This document shows, one piece after another, positions 36,353 through 49,579 of a stretch of DNA of 64,000 nt. The notes below the pieces were generated by a model that ran no database searches, was not told the DNA's origin, and was given only the letters and a program-made list of their open reading frames with translations. Numbering within the stretch: position 1 is the stretch's first letter; each line of letters opens with the position of its first letter. This DNA is from Camelus ferus. Lineage: Eukaryota. The translations under genes and the position numbers were made by a program. The stretch is taken from assembly GCF_009834535.1 (NCBI RefSeq), contig NC_045705.1, positions 55,366,001 to 55,430,000 of the forward strand, given 5' to 3'.

Positions 36353-38055
36353 GGGTTAGAGACCAAATAAAAGAGACTGGTTTGGACAATGATACCCACA
36401 AAAGTTACAACCATTCATCTTTTTAGGATAACGAGGATAGTTTTTTGTTCTTTTGTTTTTTCCCCTCAGCTTTAGCAAAAGAATCTTTGATCTACATTAT
36501 CTAAAAAGAATTAAACAGGGCAGTTTTACTTTACTCCATGTCCCATGGCATACTTTCTAAGTAACTATCCTTACTTTCTACACCTTTTCCAGCACACCTT
36601 TTGCACTCTACCACATTTGGATAAAAAGCTGTAAACTGGGCTATAATGGTTTTCTTCCTTCAATAAGCCGTGTCTTCTCTCTTTACTCAGATTCTTCACA
36701 TGCTAGTTGTACCTGAGTCTTGCCATTAAAATCACGTTGATATATTTAGAGGATTGCTGTAATTTGATGAGTTCTTTTCAGCAGGACTTTTGTCCTGCCT
36801 TGAAGATTATGAAGAAAGGTAGTAATCCATGTAAAATTTTCCAATAATGTTCCATATATATTGCTTAAGATTATACATTGTAGTTACTTAATAAAAGATA
36901 TGTAAATAAGTAAGTGTTTGAATTAGAAAGGATTCAATATGGCTGGCATTCAAACTGTTTGATGTCAATATCACACTTTTCCACACTTTGAAATTTCAAA
37001 GGGAGTTCTTGAGAAGAAAAAAAAAAGTACTTACATTTCTAAATCTTTAGCAAGTTTTATAGAATTTTAGTAAAAATTTTAATTCATTCTGATACAAGCA
37101 TCTTTTCTTTCTTAACTTCTCTACTTTCTACTTAAAAAAATAGTTCCCTATTTATTTCAATAGAAATGTACACTCCGGACGCCCTTGCAGTTCTAAGGAT
37201 TACTGATTGTCCACTGCATCAATTTAAACAATATTTCTTTTTGTTTTAACTAGACAAGTATAATCAGTACAAAAGAAAACCATATCTTTGGATTGCTATT
37301 TCTTGTAGGGCAGTAGAAAGGATTCAATAATATTTGAAGAAATTTATAGGCTCAGAGATATTTGAGTCAAGTTGAAGTTTCCAAATGGTTAAATTTGAAA
37401 AAACTAAAATGGTGCTTAAGCTCTGGCATAAACCTGAGCCTTCAGGCAGCAAAGTCAGTGTTAAACATCCCCACCATTTAGCAGAACAATAGATATGAGC
37501 AGTGTGAGGGCATGAATTACATGGCTGCAAAGCCACAAGATGTAGATTCCTGTCACCTAAATATCCTAGAAATCACTGTTGTGTCTACTCTTACTGGTCA
37601 GAGTACGTAGAAGCCACCATGGACAAAAGAAATACAAATGAATACAAGTTTCAGAGACACATGGTCTCTGATCCCAAAGCTGACTGCATCTCGCGTAAAC
37701 AATCTCTTCCTATGAAAGAGTTCTCCCAAATCTCCCCAGAAATGTCATCACGTGGAGAAACTATCATCTCACAGTCCTAGACCATGGAAGTTTAAAATAA
37801 AAATCCCCAGTGTCCACCATCTTTTATATGTACACTGTGATGAAATGAATGAAGTAGAAAATGAGACTAAGTCTAGAGGAAGCCACCCAGAAAGAAAAAG
37901 AGCCATTAACTTTTAAGACGTGAAAGGGAAAGAGAAATCCATTGCCTCTTGCTAATTCGATCTTTTATTATTTGTGCCCATATTCTAGGCCATCGTTTCC
38001 TCAGCTAGCAATGTCCCTGCTTTTTTCAAAATGGCTATTTTTGAAAATTGTCTGA

Positions 38056-38213
38056 ACTCACCTCAGCGTTAGGCACAAGCAAATCCCTGTTCATGGCTGA
38101 GAATCTTCAGGAGTTCTTCAACATCTGGGCTGGCATCTTCTTACATAGGTTTTGTGGTTTCCCTGGAGAATCTTCAGCAAGATGCCCCAGGCTGATTGAC
38201 TCTCCACAATTAG
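38056..38213 (-). promoter_or_regulatory. Candidate OR52N2 promoter and first non-coding exon
   Basis: Donor GAG|GTGAGT (intron from 38061); O/E site TCCCTGGAGA 38160-38169; homeodomain CTAATTG 38207-38213. Confidence 0.45.
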
Positions 38214-39229
38214 ATCTCTCAGAGAAATCTGTTTAAAAGGGAATAAACTTTGGGTCTGGTGGTAATAGATCGGCATTTAGAAGCTTTTAAGTAGAAAAAG
38301 AAACAACAAAGACAAAAACACATTAAGTTTAATGCTTTTCCCAAGTGAGAAATATGACCACCAAGCTTGGTGGAGATGAACATCATTTAAAATTTATTAC
38401 AAAATAAATACATTTTTAATATAGAAAATCTAAAACTATAGTATAATAAAAACTTGGAAAAATCACCAGTAACTGCAATGAAGCTCTCTAAAAAGTTTTC
38501 TCTATTGGTCCTATCATTTTATAATTATTATGTATAATATTCTGTTTTTATATAAACTTCAGACTATATTAAGTTTTGCACACTGTTTTCCCTACTTAAC
38601 ACTATTTTATGTACATTTTCTCGTGTTCTATATGCCCTGAAATTGAAATTTTCAAGAGTTAAACTTTCTTTCCACCCAATAGCTGCAACAAAATTAATCA
38701 AGCATTTCGTTGTCCTTGAATATTTAAATTGTTTCTAATTTTTACTATCAAAGACAATTCTGCTATGGATATCCTAATCAACTCTACTCGTACTACGAAT
38801 TTTTCCTCTCTTAAGATAATTAGAAATAGAATTGAAGTTTGTGGGATCAAAAGGCATGAACAACTCAATTATGTTGATAAATGTTGGAAAAAATCATCTC
38901 CATAAAACTTGTACTGACTTTCCCTGCCACACACATTTAGTGGACTGTCCCCCTATGAGTACTAGTTAGTGTATGTTTACTCTCTTTTCCCCAGCTGAAC
39001 TGGTGAGAATACTATCTCTTTGGTATGTTAGCCTGACTTAAAACTAACTTCACTGTAGTGATTTTGAACATTTTAAAAGTGCTTTTAGTTAGTTGTTTTT
39101 CTCATACTGTGATTATTCATTCACCTCTTAATCCATCTCTGTGGAAGTGTTAGCTTTAGCTTGACTGTTTGTAGGCATTTTCAGTACTAAAATACAAACA
39201 CATTTTCTGTCAAAGTGTGCAGTCTTTTT

Positions 39230-39390
39230 CAAAGGTAGTCTTGTCACTGAACTGAACTGGGATCTTCTTGCCGATGTGCAGCAAAGCCAATCTACTGACA
39301 CTTCACCACAAGGTGAAGAAGAGTACAGCATTTACTGCAGGTCCAAGGAATGTGGGGAGCTCATGCTCAAAGACCTGAACTTCCCAATGA
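39230..39390. mobile_element. ERV1-type LTR fragment
   Basis: 'tgtcactgaactgaactgggatcttcttgccgatgtgcagcaaagccaatctactgacac...ggtgaagaagagtacagcatttactgcag...gctcatgctcaaagacctgaac'. Confidence 0.6.
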
Positions 39391-39519
39391 CCCATCGACC
39401 ACTTTCCAAATGATGGACTGTATTTTAACAATACTGATTCTCCTACCTCCTCATCTAATTTCCCTTCTTCCAAGAAGCCCTACCAGATGTGTCCACTGGA
39501 TTATAGTCGATTAAATTAA

Positions 39520-39815
39520 ATTATGTGAGATAATAAATGCTGTTGAGGCTGTGGAGAAAAGTGAACCCTGGTGCACCGGTATTGGTAGGAATGTAAATTG
39601 ATATAGCCAGTATGGAAGATGATATAGATGTTTCTCAAAAAATTAAAAATATAATATCGTATGATCTAGCAATCTTAAGTTTGGGTACATATCAAAAGAA
39701 GATGAAATCACCTCTTGAAGAGATGTATTTGCTACCATGTTTATTGCAGCATTTTTCACAATAGGCCATGACATGGAAACAACTAAAGATGTCCATAGAT
39801 GGATTAATAGATAAA

Positions 39816-39855
<40 letters not shown>

Positions 39856-40365
39856 AAATATTATTCATCTTTATAAAAGAAGGAAATCTTACAATTTGTG
39901 ACAACACTGATGGCCCTTGAGGTCATTATGCTAATGAAATAAGTCAAAGAGAAAAAAACAAATACTGTGTGATTTCACTTATATGTGGCATCAAAAACAT
40001 CAAACTCATAGAAATGGGGAGTAGAGTGGTGTTTTCCAGGGTCAGAATGGTGGGGAAAATTGCGAGATGTTGGTTAAATGGTACAAACTTATAATTATAA
40101 GATGAATAAATTCTTGGGCCTCTAATGTACAGCATGGTGACTATAGTTAATGCTGCATTGTGTACTCAAAGGTTGCTATGAGAGTAGAGCTATAATGTCC
40201 TCACTGTAGAAACAACAAAATGGTAATTATGTGGAGTGAAAGATGCATTAACTAACTTATTGTGATACCCATTTTGCAGTATATACATCAAACCATCCCA
40301 CTGAACACATTAAACTTACATAGTGTTATATGTCAATTAGATCTTAAGAGAGCTGGAAAAAAGCA
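39520..40365 (+). mobile_element. L1 3' end (L1MA/L1MB-like) with internal (TA)n at 39817-39850
   Basis: 'gaggctgtggagaaaagtgaaccc', 'atggaaacaactaaagatgtccatagatggattaatagataaag', 'tacagcatggtgactatagttaat', 'cattaaacttacatagtgttatatgtcaatta'. Confidence 0.92.
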
Positions 40366-40794
40366 TCTGTAAAAATCTAGAGCCAATATCTTACACAGTA
40401 GTGAGTTATTTGATGCTAACCCAGGATTATTTTCTCAGCAGTGAATTACACTTTCCTGAACATCTCAAACCATCATTTCAGGGTGTACCTCCTGTTAAAC
40501 ATTGGGCAGGAGGGATATTCTAGCCAAGACAATGAGAATAAAAAAAAAAGGCAAAGGAAGAAGCAAAAAATTCTTCATTTACAATGAGATGGCATATATT
40601 TAGATAATCCAAAACAATCTATACAAAAATTACTTAATAAGTAAATTTATTATGAACACTAAATACAAGGTCACATACAAAAGTTAATTGTTTGCATACC
40701 AACATTATTTAATTTTTCTTCAAAAAATTTTTTTCAGTTTCAATTTTGTGCATGACATTGCACTAAGTTTTGAAAAAGGTAGAAGACAGGTCTG

Positions 40795-40815
40795 TCTCCC
40801 CAAGGGATTTAATTC
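40795..40815. promoter_or_regulatory. Adjacent O/E (EBF) and homeodomain-like sites, candidate OR52N1 promoter element
   Basis: 'tctccccaagggatttaattc'; a donor CAGG|GTAAGC lies downstream at 41271. Confidence 0.35.
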
Positions 40816-43123
40816 TGAAAGTTCAAAAGTTTTGAGAGCTACGTAGTCTTTATTTTATCTATAAAAAATCACACTGTCAGGAGTCCTAGACTGTGATTTG
40901 GGATAAAATAATTCCTAAAGCAATTCCCAATTGCTGAGCCAGGTTCCTTAGGACCCAGATATACCAGATGCCCAAGTCTTCTTTTTTTCACAATATCAAT
41001 GCACGTACATGGAAAATCACTTTTCCTCTGAGACTATGGTAGAAAGAGATAGTTAACAACTGAGTATTCCCAGCTCTCCAGTTTTAGAAAATATCATACA
41101 CACACGCACCACACACAGAATAGAAATGTTCCCCCCTGCACCTGCCTCCTTGTGGTCTCAATATTGGACTTACATTTCTCCTGCTGGGCCGAGGCCATCG
41201 CATAGATGTGAATATGACTTAATACGTGGGTACGCCTTTAGTTTCTTGAAGAACTCCGGTAACTTTCAGGGTAAGCAGATTTCTAAATTAGGGGTGCATT
41301 TTTTTTTATTATAAAAGGAGTCGGTTCTGATTATGATAGCTGAGAGGGGAAGAGAAAGGAGACTTGTCAAATAGGGTTATTCTCTTAACTTTTGAAAAGG
41401 CACAATGTACCCTATTATAAGGCTGCTTTTACGTACTGGCTTGTATACCCCATTTTCACTTTGGAGAAAACATCCATGTTTCAACTCTTGAAACCTGATC
41501 CTCGTGGGGAGTATTCTGAAGAGAGATAATACATCCCCCTGGCTGTGAAAGCTAGAAATAGCATTTCTGAGAGAGAACAGTTTACACCATGGTGGGAGAA
41601 GAGAAAAGAGCAGTGAAAGCCTTATTCTGTATTTTTCCTGTTCCTCATCAACTTTTCCTTTCAGGAAATTACCTCTATTTCATATCATAGTTATGATATT
41701 TGAATTGTTTCTCAACTCAAAGGGGCCCTAGATTTCATCTACGCAGACTTCATGTTTTAAAAACTAAGGATGCAAAATTTAAAAAAAAGACACATATGAA
41801 GAAAGGAGAACCGGTTTTTCACAGCCTTAAATTTTCAGTGGAAACACCTTTGAGGTGACAGATGGGTTACCTCTCATGTGTTCAGGAAGTGCTATAAATT
41901 TCATTATTGATATTTTTATATTCAGAGAGATTATTTTTTTAATCCAACAACTCCCTCTACTGGATTGTCCCCCACATCACACTACATATACATTTTCCCC
42001 CCTAAATCAGCACATTCCAGCCCAGTGTAGCCTACTTCCTCAGACCTGTGCATCCAATTTGCGTACATCCTATGGTCAAAACTTTTTTCTTATTTCCTCA
42101 CAATATACTATCACACTAAATATTCTCCTCCTTACTACTTGTAAGTATTTTGTCAGTCCTTGTTCTCCCACAGCTTCTTTCTCTATGGACTTTAAAAATG
42201 TATTGAGCATCTCCTTTATGCTACAAGAACTTAGCTTTGGAGATAACATAGCTTGAGAGATATTTGATTCTATGCTTCTCTGAAGTTGTGATCTGGATAG
42301 AAAATAAAGTACTGTGTCCTAAAGGAAATATCAATCATTTTCGTTTGAAATGATGAGTATCCTCTTCTCATTGGATTAAACTCTAGAGTCCATTATAAGA
42401 AACTTTAATCTTAGAAAAATATCAATTTCTGATAAGTTGTTCTATTTCCGGTGATTCTTCACCATCTGTTTACTTTGGTAGTGATTGAGGGAACCAAAGG
42501 TGGCCTTCTGATGAGATTAGGAAGGGGATTTTTATTATTTTTTACCTTTAGGATCATCCTGTGATTTTGCTTAAAGAAAGCTTTTGGCATAAGTGGCTGA
42601 TTTATAGTTTTCTATATTTAAGTTTCTTGCAAAAAAAAATGGAGGATTTGGGCTAAAACCAGGTTGAAATCATTGTCAGTATGTCCACTAGATAAAGCAT
42701 AGAACCATTGAGGATTGCTAACATTTCAGAATGGAATAGGCATCTCTGATTATGATGGTGACCACCTAGAATACAGCAAATATTTAATCAATCCTTGATC
42801 ATCCAATTGGTCAGTTGCTGATCAACTTCAGTCTTAAGAATGGACTATATGATTTTAAAGAAGACATCCAGATCCAGCAAGTCTACTAGACTCAGTCAGT
42901 TCATCTTGTCAATGTCTAATGCTCACAGCATGGACCCAGATAGAGGGTAACGTCACATATTGCACATAAAAGACCACATACGGTGATTGATCTAAAAGAA
43001 AGACAAATGATCAGTTATGGGAAAGAAAAGCCTACTTGTCAGTTACTCTCTGAACTTACTTTTTTTCTGCCTGTAGAAACCTTTTTTCTATAACTGCTGG
43101 ATCATGAACTTCCAACAGTTGCT

Positions 43124-44060
43124 ATGTCATTTCTGAATGGCACTAGCCTAACTCCGGCCACGTTCATCCTCAATGGCATCCCTGGGCTGGAAGAAGTGCA
43201 TATGTGGATCTCCTTCCCTCTGTGCACTATGTACAGCATTGCCATCACAGGGAACTTTGGCCTTATGTACCTCATCTACTCTGAAGAGGCCTTGCACAGA
43301 CCAATGTACATCTTCCTAGCCCTTCTTTCCTTCACAGATGTGCTCATGTGCACCAGCACTCTCCCCAGCACCCTCTGCATTTTGTGGTTCAACCTCAAGG
43401 AGATTGATTTTAAGGCCTGCCTGGCCCAGATGTTCTTTGTGCACGCTTTCACAGGGATGGAGTCTGGGGTGCTCATGCTCATGGCCATCTGCTGCCCTCT
43501 GCGCTATGCTGCTCTCCTCACCAATTCAGTCATTGCCAAGGCCGGGCTCCTCACAGTTTCTTAGAGGTGTAGTGCTTGTTATCCCTTTCACTTTCCTTAC
43601 CAGGCGCCTGCCATACTGCAGGGGCAATGTCATACAGCACACCTACTGTGACCACATGTCTGTCGCCAAGATATCTTGTGGCAATGTTAAGGTCAACGCT
43701 GTTTATGGTCTAATGGTTGCCCTCCTGATTGGGGGTTTTGACATCTTGTGCATCACAGTCTCTTACACCATGATTCTTCGAGCGGTTGTGAGTCTGTCAT
43801 CAGTGGATGCTCGGCAGAAGGCCTTCAGCACCTGCACTGCCCACATCTGTGCCATCGTCATCACCTATGTTCCAGCCTCCTTCACCTTCTTTACACACTC
43901 CATTCCTCCACACATACACATTATTATGGCTAATCTCTATCTACTTATGCCTCCCACCATGAATCCTATTGTGTATGGGGTAAAAACCAAGCAGATACAA
44001 GAAAGTGTCACTAGGTTCTTGCTTAAGGGAAAGGACAGTTCTTCTCAAACATTTACATAG
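43124..44060 (+). pseudogene. OR52N1: Class I olfactory receptor 52N1-like pseudogene
   Basis: MSFLNGTSLTPA matches recalled human OR52N1; 18-nt deletion of LDRYVA (~43482-43486); +1 frameshift ~43555 giving TAG at 43562-43564; 15-nt deletion in ECL3 (~43895); frame resumes to stop at 44060; acceptor AG at 43075-43076. Confidence 0.93.
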
Positions 44061-44659
44061 AGTCTTCTGAGAAGTTATTCTCTTAGCCAGCCTGAGATCA
44101 TCAAATCAACAGGGGTCCCTCCAAATGAAAGTAGATATCTGGCCATAGGAAACATTTGCTTGTGGCCTTAATTTTTCTACCTCTTTTGAAAGGATATCAC
44201 TATATGCATGTAGGTAGAGACCCTGTCTTCTGAAATTCCAAAGAGATTCTCTAAAGCCTCTTTACTCGTAGGGGACTGCAAAGTTCAATGCATTTAATCT
44301 TTATAGACAGATCTCTCTCAAAGAAGAAGAAGAACAATCCACAAAATTTTGAGGCACAGTGGTCAGAACTCTAGGACCGGAATTGAACTTTGAAGATTTT
44401 TAAATCTTTCACAAAATGATGAGCTGTGTTCATCATTGTCTGTGCTAATTATTTATCTCAGCATTCTCCTGCCAAAACTATTTGGCATTCATTCTTATTT
44501 CACAAGTTCTTGACTGCTGTTTTCTTTCCCAAGTTTGCCAACTGTGTATCCAGCAATGTACATATGTGCTCACCAGAAAACTTGTCAAGGTGTAAGGTGC
44601 AGCATACTCATAAGACCCAGAAGCTATGTCCATCAACATGAAGCCGAATAAACAAATAC

Positions 44660-44960
44660 CTGTGGTCAATTCAAATATGTCAGATGAAAGATACCAAGTA
44701 ATACATATTGTATGATTTTATTTTTATGAAGCTCACAAGCAGACATAATTAATTCATGGTGTTAGAAATCTTTAAGAATGAGAGTTCAGGTAATGATTAG
44801 ACAGGATATGAGGGATGCTTCTGAGGTGCTGCCAATGATTTAGTTCTTGACCCGAATGACAATTACGAGGTATATCTACTTGGTGACGTTTCATGAACCT
44901 GTAAATTTATGATGTATGCTCTTTTTTTGCGTGCATATTATAATTCAATAAAATATTTAT
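44660..44960 (+). mobile_element. Old L1 3' end (L1MC/L1ME-like)
   Basis: 'aatacatattgtatgattttatttttatgaagctcacaagcag...tcatggtgttagaaatc...gcatattataattcaataaaa'. Confidence 0.75.
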
Positions 44961-44974
44961 TTAAAATAACATGT

Positions 44975-45255
44975 CTTGGCTTAGTAAACAATCTTATGGT
45001 TACGGGGGAAAGGGGAGGGGAGGGGATAAACTTGGGAGTTTGAGATTTACAAATATTAGCTACTATATATAAAAATAGTTTAAAAAAGTTTCTTTTGTAT
45101 AGCATGGGTAACTGTGATCAATATCTTGTAATAGCCTTTAATGGAAAAAACTTGGAAATGAATATATATATATAGTGTATATGCAAGACTGGGATGTTGT
45201 GCTGTACTCCAGAGATTGACACATTGTAATTGACTGTAATTCAATTAAAAAAAAA
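44975..45255 (+). mobile_element. Young lineage-specific L1 3' end with poly(A) (camelid-type)
   Basis: 'cttagtaaacaatcttatggttac...gggagtttgagatttacaaat...gactgggatgttgtgctgtactccagagattgacacattgtaattgactgtaattcaattaaaaaaaaa' matches my recollection of the camelid L1 3' UTR. Confidence 0.75.
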
Positions 45256-45659
45256 TAGTGTATAATAATATGTCTTGGGCACACTCTCTGACCTCCCTAA
45301 ACTGTGAAACATTTTCTTCCTTGCCTCCTATGCAATCTGTCTTTGGCTTACAAAATACGTATGCTTTCTTTTCTTTCAGAAGTATGCTGAGTTTAGTGCA
45401 AATAATATGTGCTTTTATAAAAATTATAATCAAACAACATAGACAAGATAATCATAAGAGAAAATTCAAAACCTTCGTCTTGAAAATCTCTTCCATCTCA
45501 TTCTTTTGCAGAGGTAGATTTTAAAATATTGTATGTGTGCATGGATGCTACTGTTGTTCTTTGTTTGGTGGTCACTTCTTTTATTCCAAACTATGTATGA
45601 ACTTTAGTTTGATTACCAGCTACTCTGTTATAGACAATGAAAATTTTAACTCAATTCCA

Positions 45660-45810
45660 ATATGTCATCTGTGTGTGACTTATATGTGTGTGTCTGTGTG
45701 TATGTGTATACATTTATGCATATATACACAAGTGTTATACATGTATACACATGTGTACACACATATATGTAAATCACACACAAATATACATATATATATG
45801 TATGTGTATT
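45660..45810. repeat. Imperfect (TG/TA/CA) low-complexity repeat
   Basis: Direct reading of the sequence. Confidence 0.85.
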
Positions 45811-46534
45811 CTTCTTTCCAGTCTACTTCCAACCTCAATGTTAGTTATGTCTTTAGTTATCTGTTCTTAAGATCATTACCATTTGCTATGATTCTGACAG
45901 TCTTCCCAGATGTGTGTATTATTTGATTATAATAGTTGAAAACTAATAAGCAGTATTTGAATTACTGTAATTATATGAATATTCACATGAATATTGGGTA
46001 TAAATGTATATAATAAAATCATATACCTGTTGGCCATTTGTATATCTTCTCTAGGGAACTATATATTCATAGCTCTTTTTTAAAAACTGGGTTATTAACG
46101 TTTTTTGTAATTGAGTTGTTGTAAGAGTTCCTTGTATATTTTGGATATTAATCTTTTATTAGACGTATAATTTCGAAACATTTTCCCCCATTCCATAGAT
46201 CGCCTTTCACTCTGTTGATTGCATTCTCATAAAAGAAACGCCATCTCATATTATTTCTTCCAAGAATTTGTTGAAGTCTTTTTCATTCATTGCTAATCAC
46301 TTCCCTTACTACTTTTATTAACTATATTTTGCTATCTGTCTCCATGCAGTTTGGTACTTTTTAATGCTAGGAGAAACACAGCACTCTCCTCTATTTTAAC
46401 TCGTAACTGCGTATTTATTTTCATTTTCTTGACAAGGATAACCTTTTATAAATAATTTTAAAAAGTGATTTGAATAAACTTATTTGAATTAGTGTATAGT
46501 GTATAGTATAATAATAAACTGATAATTTATTCAT

Positions 46535-47060
46535 CCTTTTTAAAAATTTTATTTTTATGCGATATAATTGACATATAACATGGTATGAGTTTAAGGTGTA
46601 CAACATGTGTTATTTGATACATTTGCATATTGCTGTATGATTACCACCATAGCTAATGCCCCTATTATGCCATGCAGTTATCATTTCCTTTTTGTGGTGA
46701 GAACAATTAAGATCTAGTCTCTTAGCAACTTTGAAGTTTATCGTATAATGTTGTCGTCTTTAGTCACTATGCTGCTTATTATAACCTCCAGGATTTATTT
46801 ATCGAATGATTCCAAATTTGTACCCTTAAACAACATTTACCCAATTTCCCACCCCCAGCCTCTTTGTAACCACCATTCTACTCTCTGTTTTTATGAATTG
46901 GCTTTTTCAGATGCTACATATAAATGATATCATACAGTATTTGTCTTTCTTTATCTGACTTATCTCACATATCATGAATTGTTCAAGATTCATCCATGTT
47001 ATCACAAATGGTGGGATTTTTTCTTTCTTATGGCTGAATAATATTTCATTGCATATATAA
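46535..47060 (-). mobile_element. L1 3' end (L1MA-like)
   Basis: 'gatataattgacatataacatggtatgagtttaaggtgtacaacatg...gtgagaacaattaagatctagtctcttagcaac...aagattcatccatgttatcacaaatgg'. Confidence 0.9.
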
Positions 47061-47299
47061 ATTGGAGCAATCAGTGAGAAATACCTTGTGACCCTGATTT
47101 CTTAAAATTATGTATGCATGGAAATAAAGAGACACAAAATCCTAATAGCATGTATTTCTTACTGTTGAAAATGTGTTCTTTAAAAATGTTTTTATTGCTG
47201 TATTTTTCTCTTTTTTAATTAGTGAATATAATATTTTAGAATTCATAATGAAAGAACAACTAAATACATCACACAATCACACACACAGATATTTTGCTT

Positions 47300-47690
47300 T
47301 ATTTGTAATTGCCCTAGATAAGAGTTTCCAACTTGTAATCCTAATGGTGGGATATCTGTACCATGGGAATCACTTTCTGGACTTCTCTTATTTGGAGACC
47401 TGTTATGGTTGGGGGTTTTAATTTTTCCCAAGTATCTAAAGCTTTGTATCATGCTTTCCCTTAGGGATCCATGGTCTCTGGGAGCTCTTAAGCCCTGTTT
47501 CACACTGAAGCTTGGGATTCCTGAGGATATGAAATTATGTCTGCTTCCTGGGGGGAAGCCTTCTAGACTAAATGCTTGAGATGTAAGGACTATAAGGTGG
47601 TACCAGGGCGCTACCCTCGTGTACATTCTCTCTCTCTGGGATGAGCACCTTTCATATTCCTTCTTGTCTGGAGATACGTGTGGGTAAGGA
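47300..47690 (+). promoter_or_regulatory. Dense O/E and homeodomain site cluster; candidate OR52N5 promoter or OR enhancer
   Basis: Four YYYCARRRR matches (47475-83, 47518-26, 47545-53, 47633-41), TTCCCTTAGGGA 47456-67, TAATTG 47306, TAATGG 47342, donor TGG|GTAAGG 47684. Confidence 0.5.
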
Positions 47691-49579
47691 AATGACTTCT
47701 AGGCATTTGATTCTGGGCTTATTTTATGACAAAACCTAGCCTTGTGCCAGTCTGCCTGTGTCATTACAAGGATCAAGAGCATTGCCGTACAGAGGATGTT
47801 GCTTGGTGAATTCTTAGCCTGGGAAAATTTAGGAAGAACATGATTATATCATCTTCAAAGTGGAGATAGTACTAGTAAGGGATGTGTGCTCTTTTGTGGG
47901 CAAGAAAGAAGCTAGATATTCCCAGAATCTCCTTTAGAGTATAAGAGAGTTCTTCTCTTTCTATTATTCATTTTTATAACTATGTGACATTATGAAAGAC
48001 ACAGAGAATTAGACAATAATAACTCTAAGATGCCTTAAATCAGGAAAAGATGAATAGGTACTTTCTTTTCCCTTGAAGTCACTAGCCCACCCTTTCCCAC
48101 TGCCTTTTCTTTCTTCAGTTCAGTTATACAATGTGCAGTCAGCCAATCTAATTCCAATTTACTTCTTTTTTTTAATCCAGATACTATCTTCATTCGTGGG
48201 ATAAAACAGGTAGCAGATTTGGCTTATGTACCAAAATAGCTCACAAGTCGGTAGAGGGATGTGATAAATACACAAATAGTTCTGGTATAGGTCTCCAGGT
48301 TATTATCATCATTATGAAAAAGTGGGGAAAACATGAGGGTAGCAGAGTGGGAGAAAGGTAACTTTCAAGTAGAGAAACTGATTTGGATTAAGAAAGAAGG
48401 GGATATGTTTCATTAGTATCTAGTGTAGAGCGCACAAAATTCTTTATTTTTTGGCAAGCTATTGAACATGTTGCATTTTGGTTAGATAAAATAAGTATGA
48501 TAATATTAAACTGGAATACTCATTATAGGGATTTAATTAAGTTCATAAATTAATTAAATAATAAATAAGTAAATATTTAAATAGTTAAACAAGCAAAGAG
48601 TACTGCTACTGTTTTTTTTCTGGAGACATGTGGGTAAATATTTAAGTTGTATGCAAGTTGGCTGTTTATACACAAGGTAAACCTAGAAGAACCAAAGTGG
48701 AGGCGCAGAAAAGCCTTATGCTAAATGCCAAAGGGTACGTTGTCTGGCACTTGGTGGATGCTTCGTGGAATTTAAAAAAAAATTAACAAATGAAACTGTT
48801 TAATTTAGAGTCCATACACTTGAAATATTCAGTCTTAGTGATAGCACCATGTGAAACTAAAATTGAATTTAACATTTCAGGAAAAAAATTTTAGAACAAC
48901 AATAATAAAAGATGAAACAAGTCTCAGAGAATCTAGAGCTCTCTTTTCTGAATCCAGCTTTTTTTCTGATAGTCCTCTCCAGAGGACCATGGACAGGATT
49001 CTTCAGATGCCTAATAGGATCTGATTCCTGTGTCCCAGAGCCTAAATTCCTCTTTAAAAATGCTGACCTAGGCCATTTTAGAGAAGCACAACATGAAAGT
49101 GAAAAGAAAGTGAAAAAGCAAGCTTTGTTGGCCTTCCTGGGTCCTAAGCAGTTACCTGATTCATCCTGATTTTTCTGAGGGCTGTGATCAAGTGATATTC
49201 TAAAGAAGCCTATTTTCTCTTTAAGAGCCAGAGTCAACAATGGGCACAGCACAAGCTTTACATCAAATGGCTGCCCAACATGGGATGAGGAAACAGCAGA
49301 AGCTGCAGTGATATCCTGCAGGTTTAGACACCTGGATCAGGTAATAGAACCTACTGTTTTGAAGGAGGGAAGAGAAATTGTGACTGATATGAGGTGGTAA
49401 GGTGAAGCACATCTCCATGTGGTATGTGTTTTGTAGTACAGTGTATTGTTTTGTCTCTTTCATTGAAAAAGGCTCAATGCAAGACTGAAAAAAGACCTGG
49501 AGGTGGACTTCTCTTCCTGTGCCTTTGTCGTTGTACTCCCAACACTTCTCTATATTCTGTCTCCTTTTTACTTCTCCAG

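Noticed and set aside
46355-46367. ACTTTTTAATG, close to the H/P-element 13-mer AACTTTTTAATGA
   Set aside because: The homeodomain core is broken (TAATGC), there is no adjacent O/E site, and it sits among L1 fragments.
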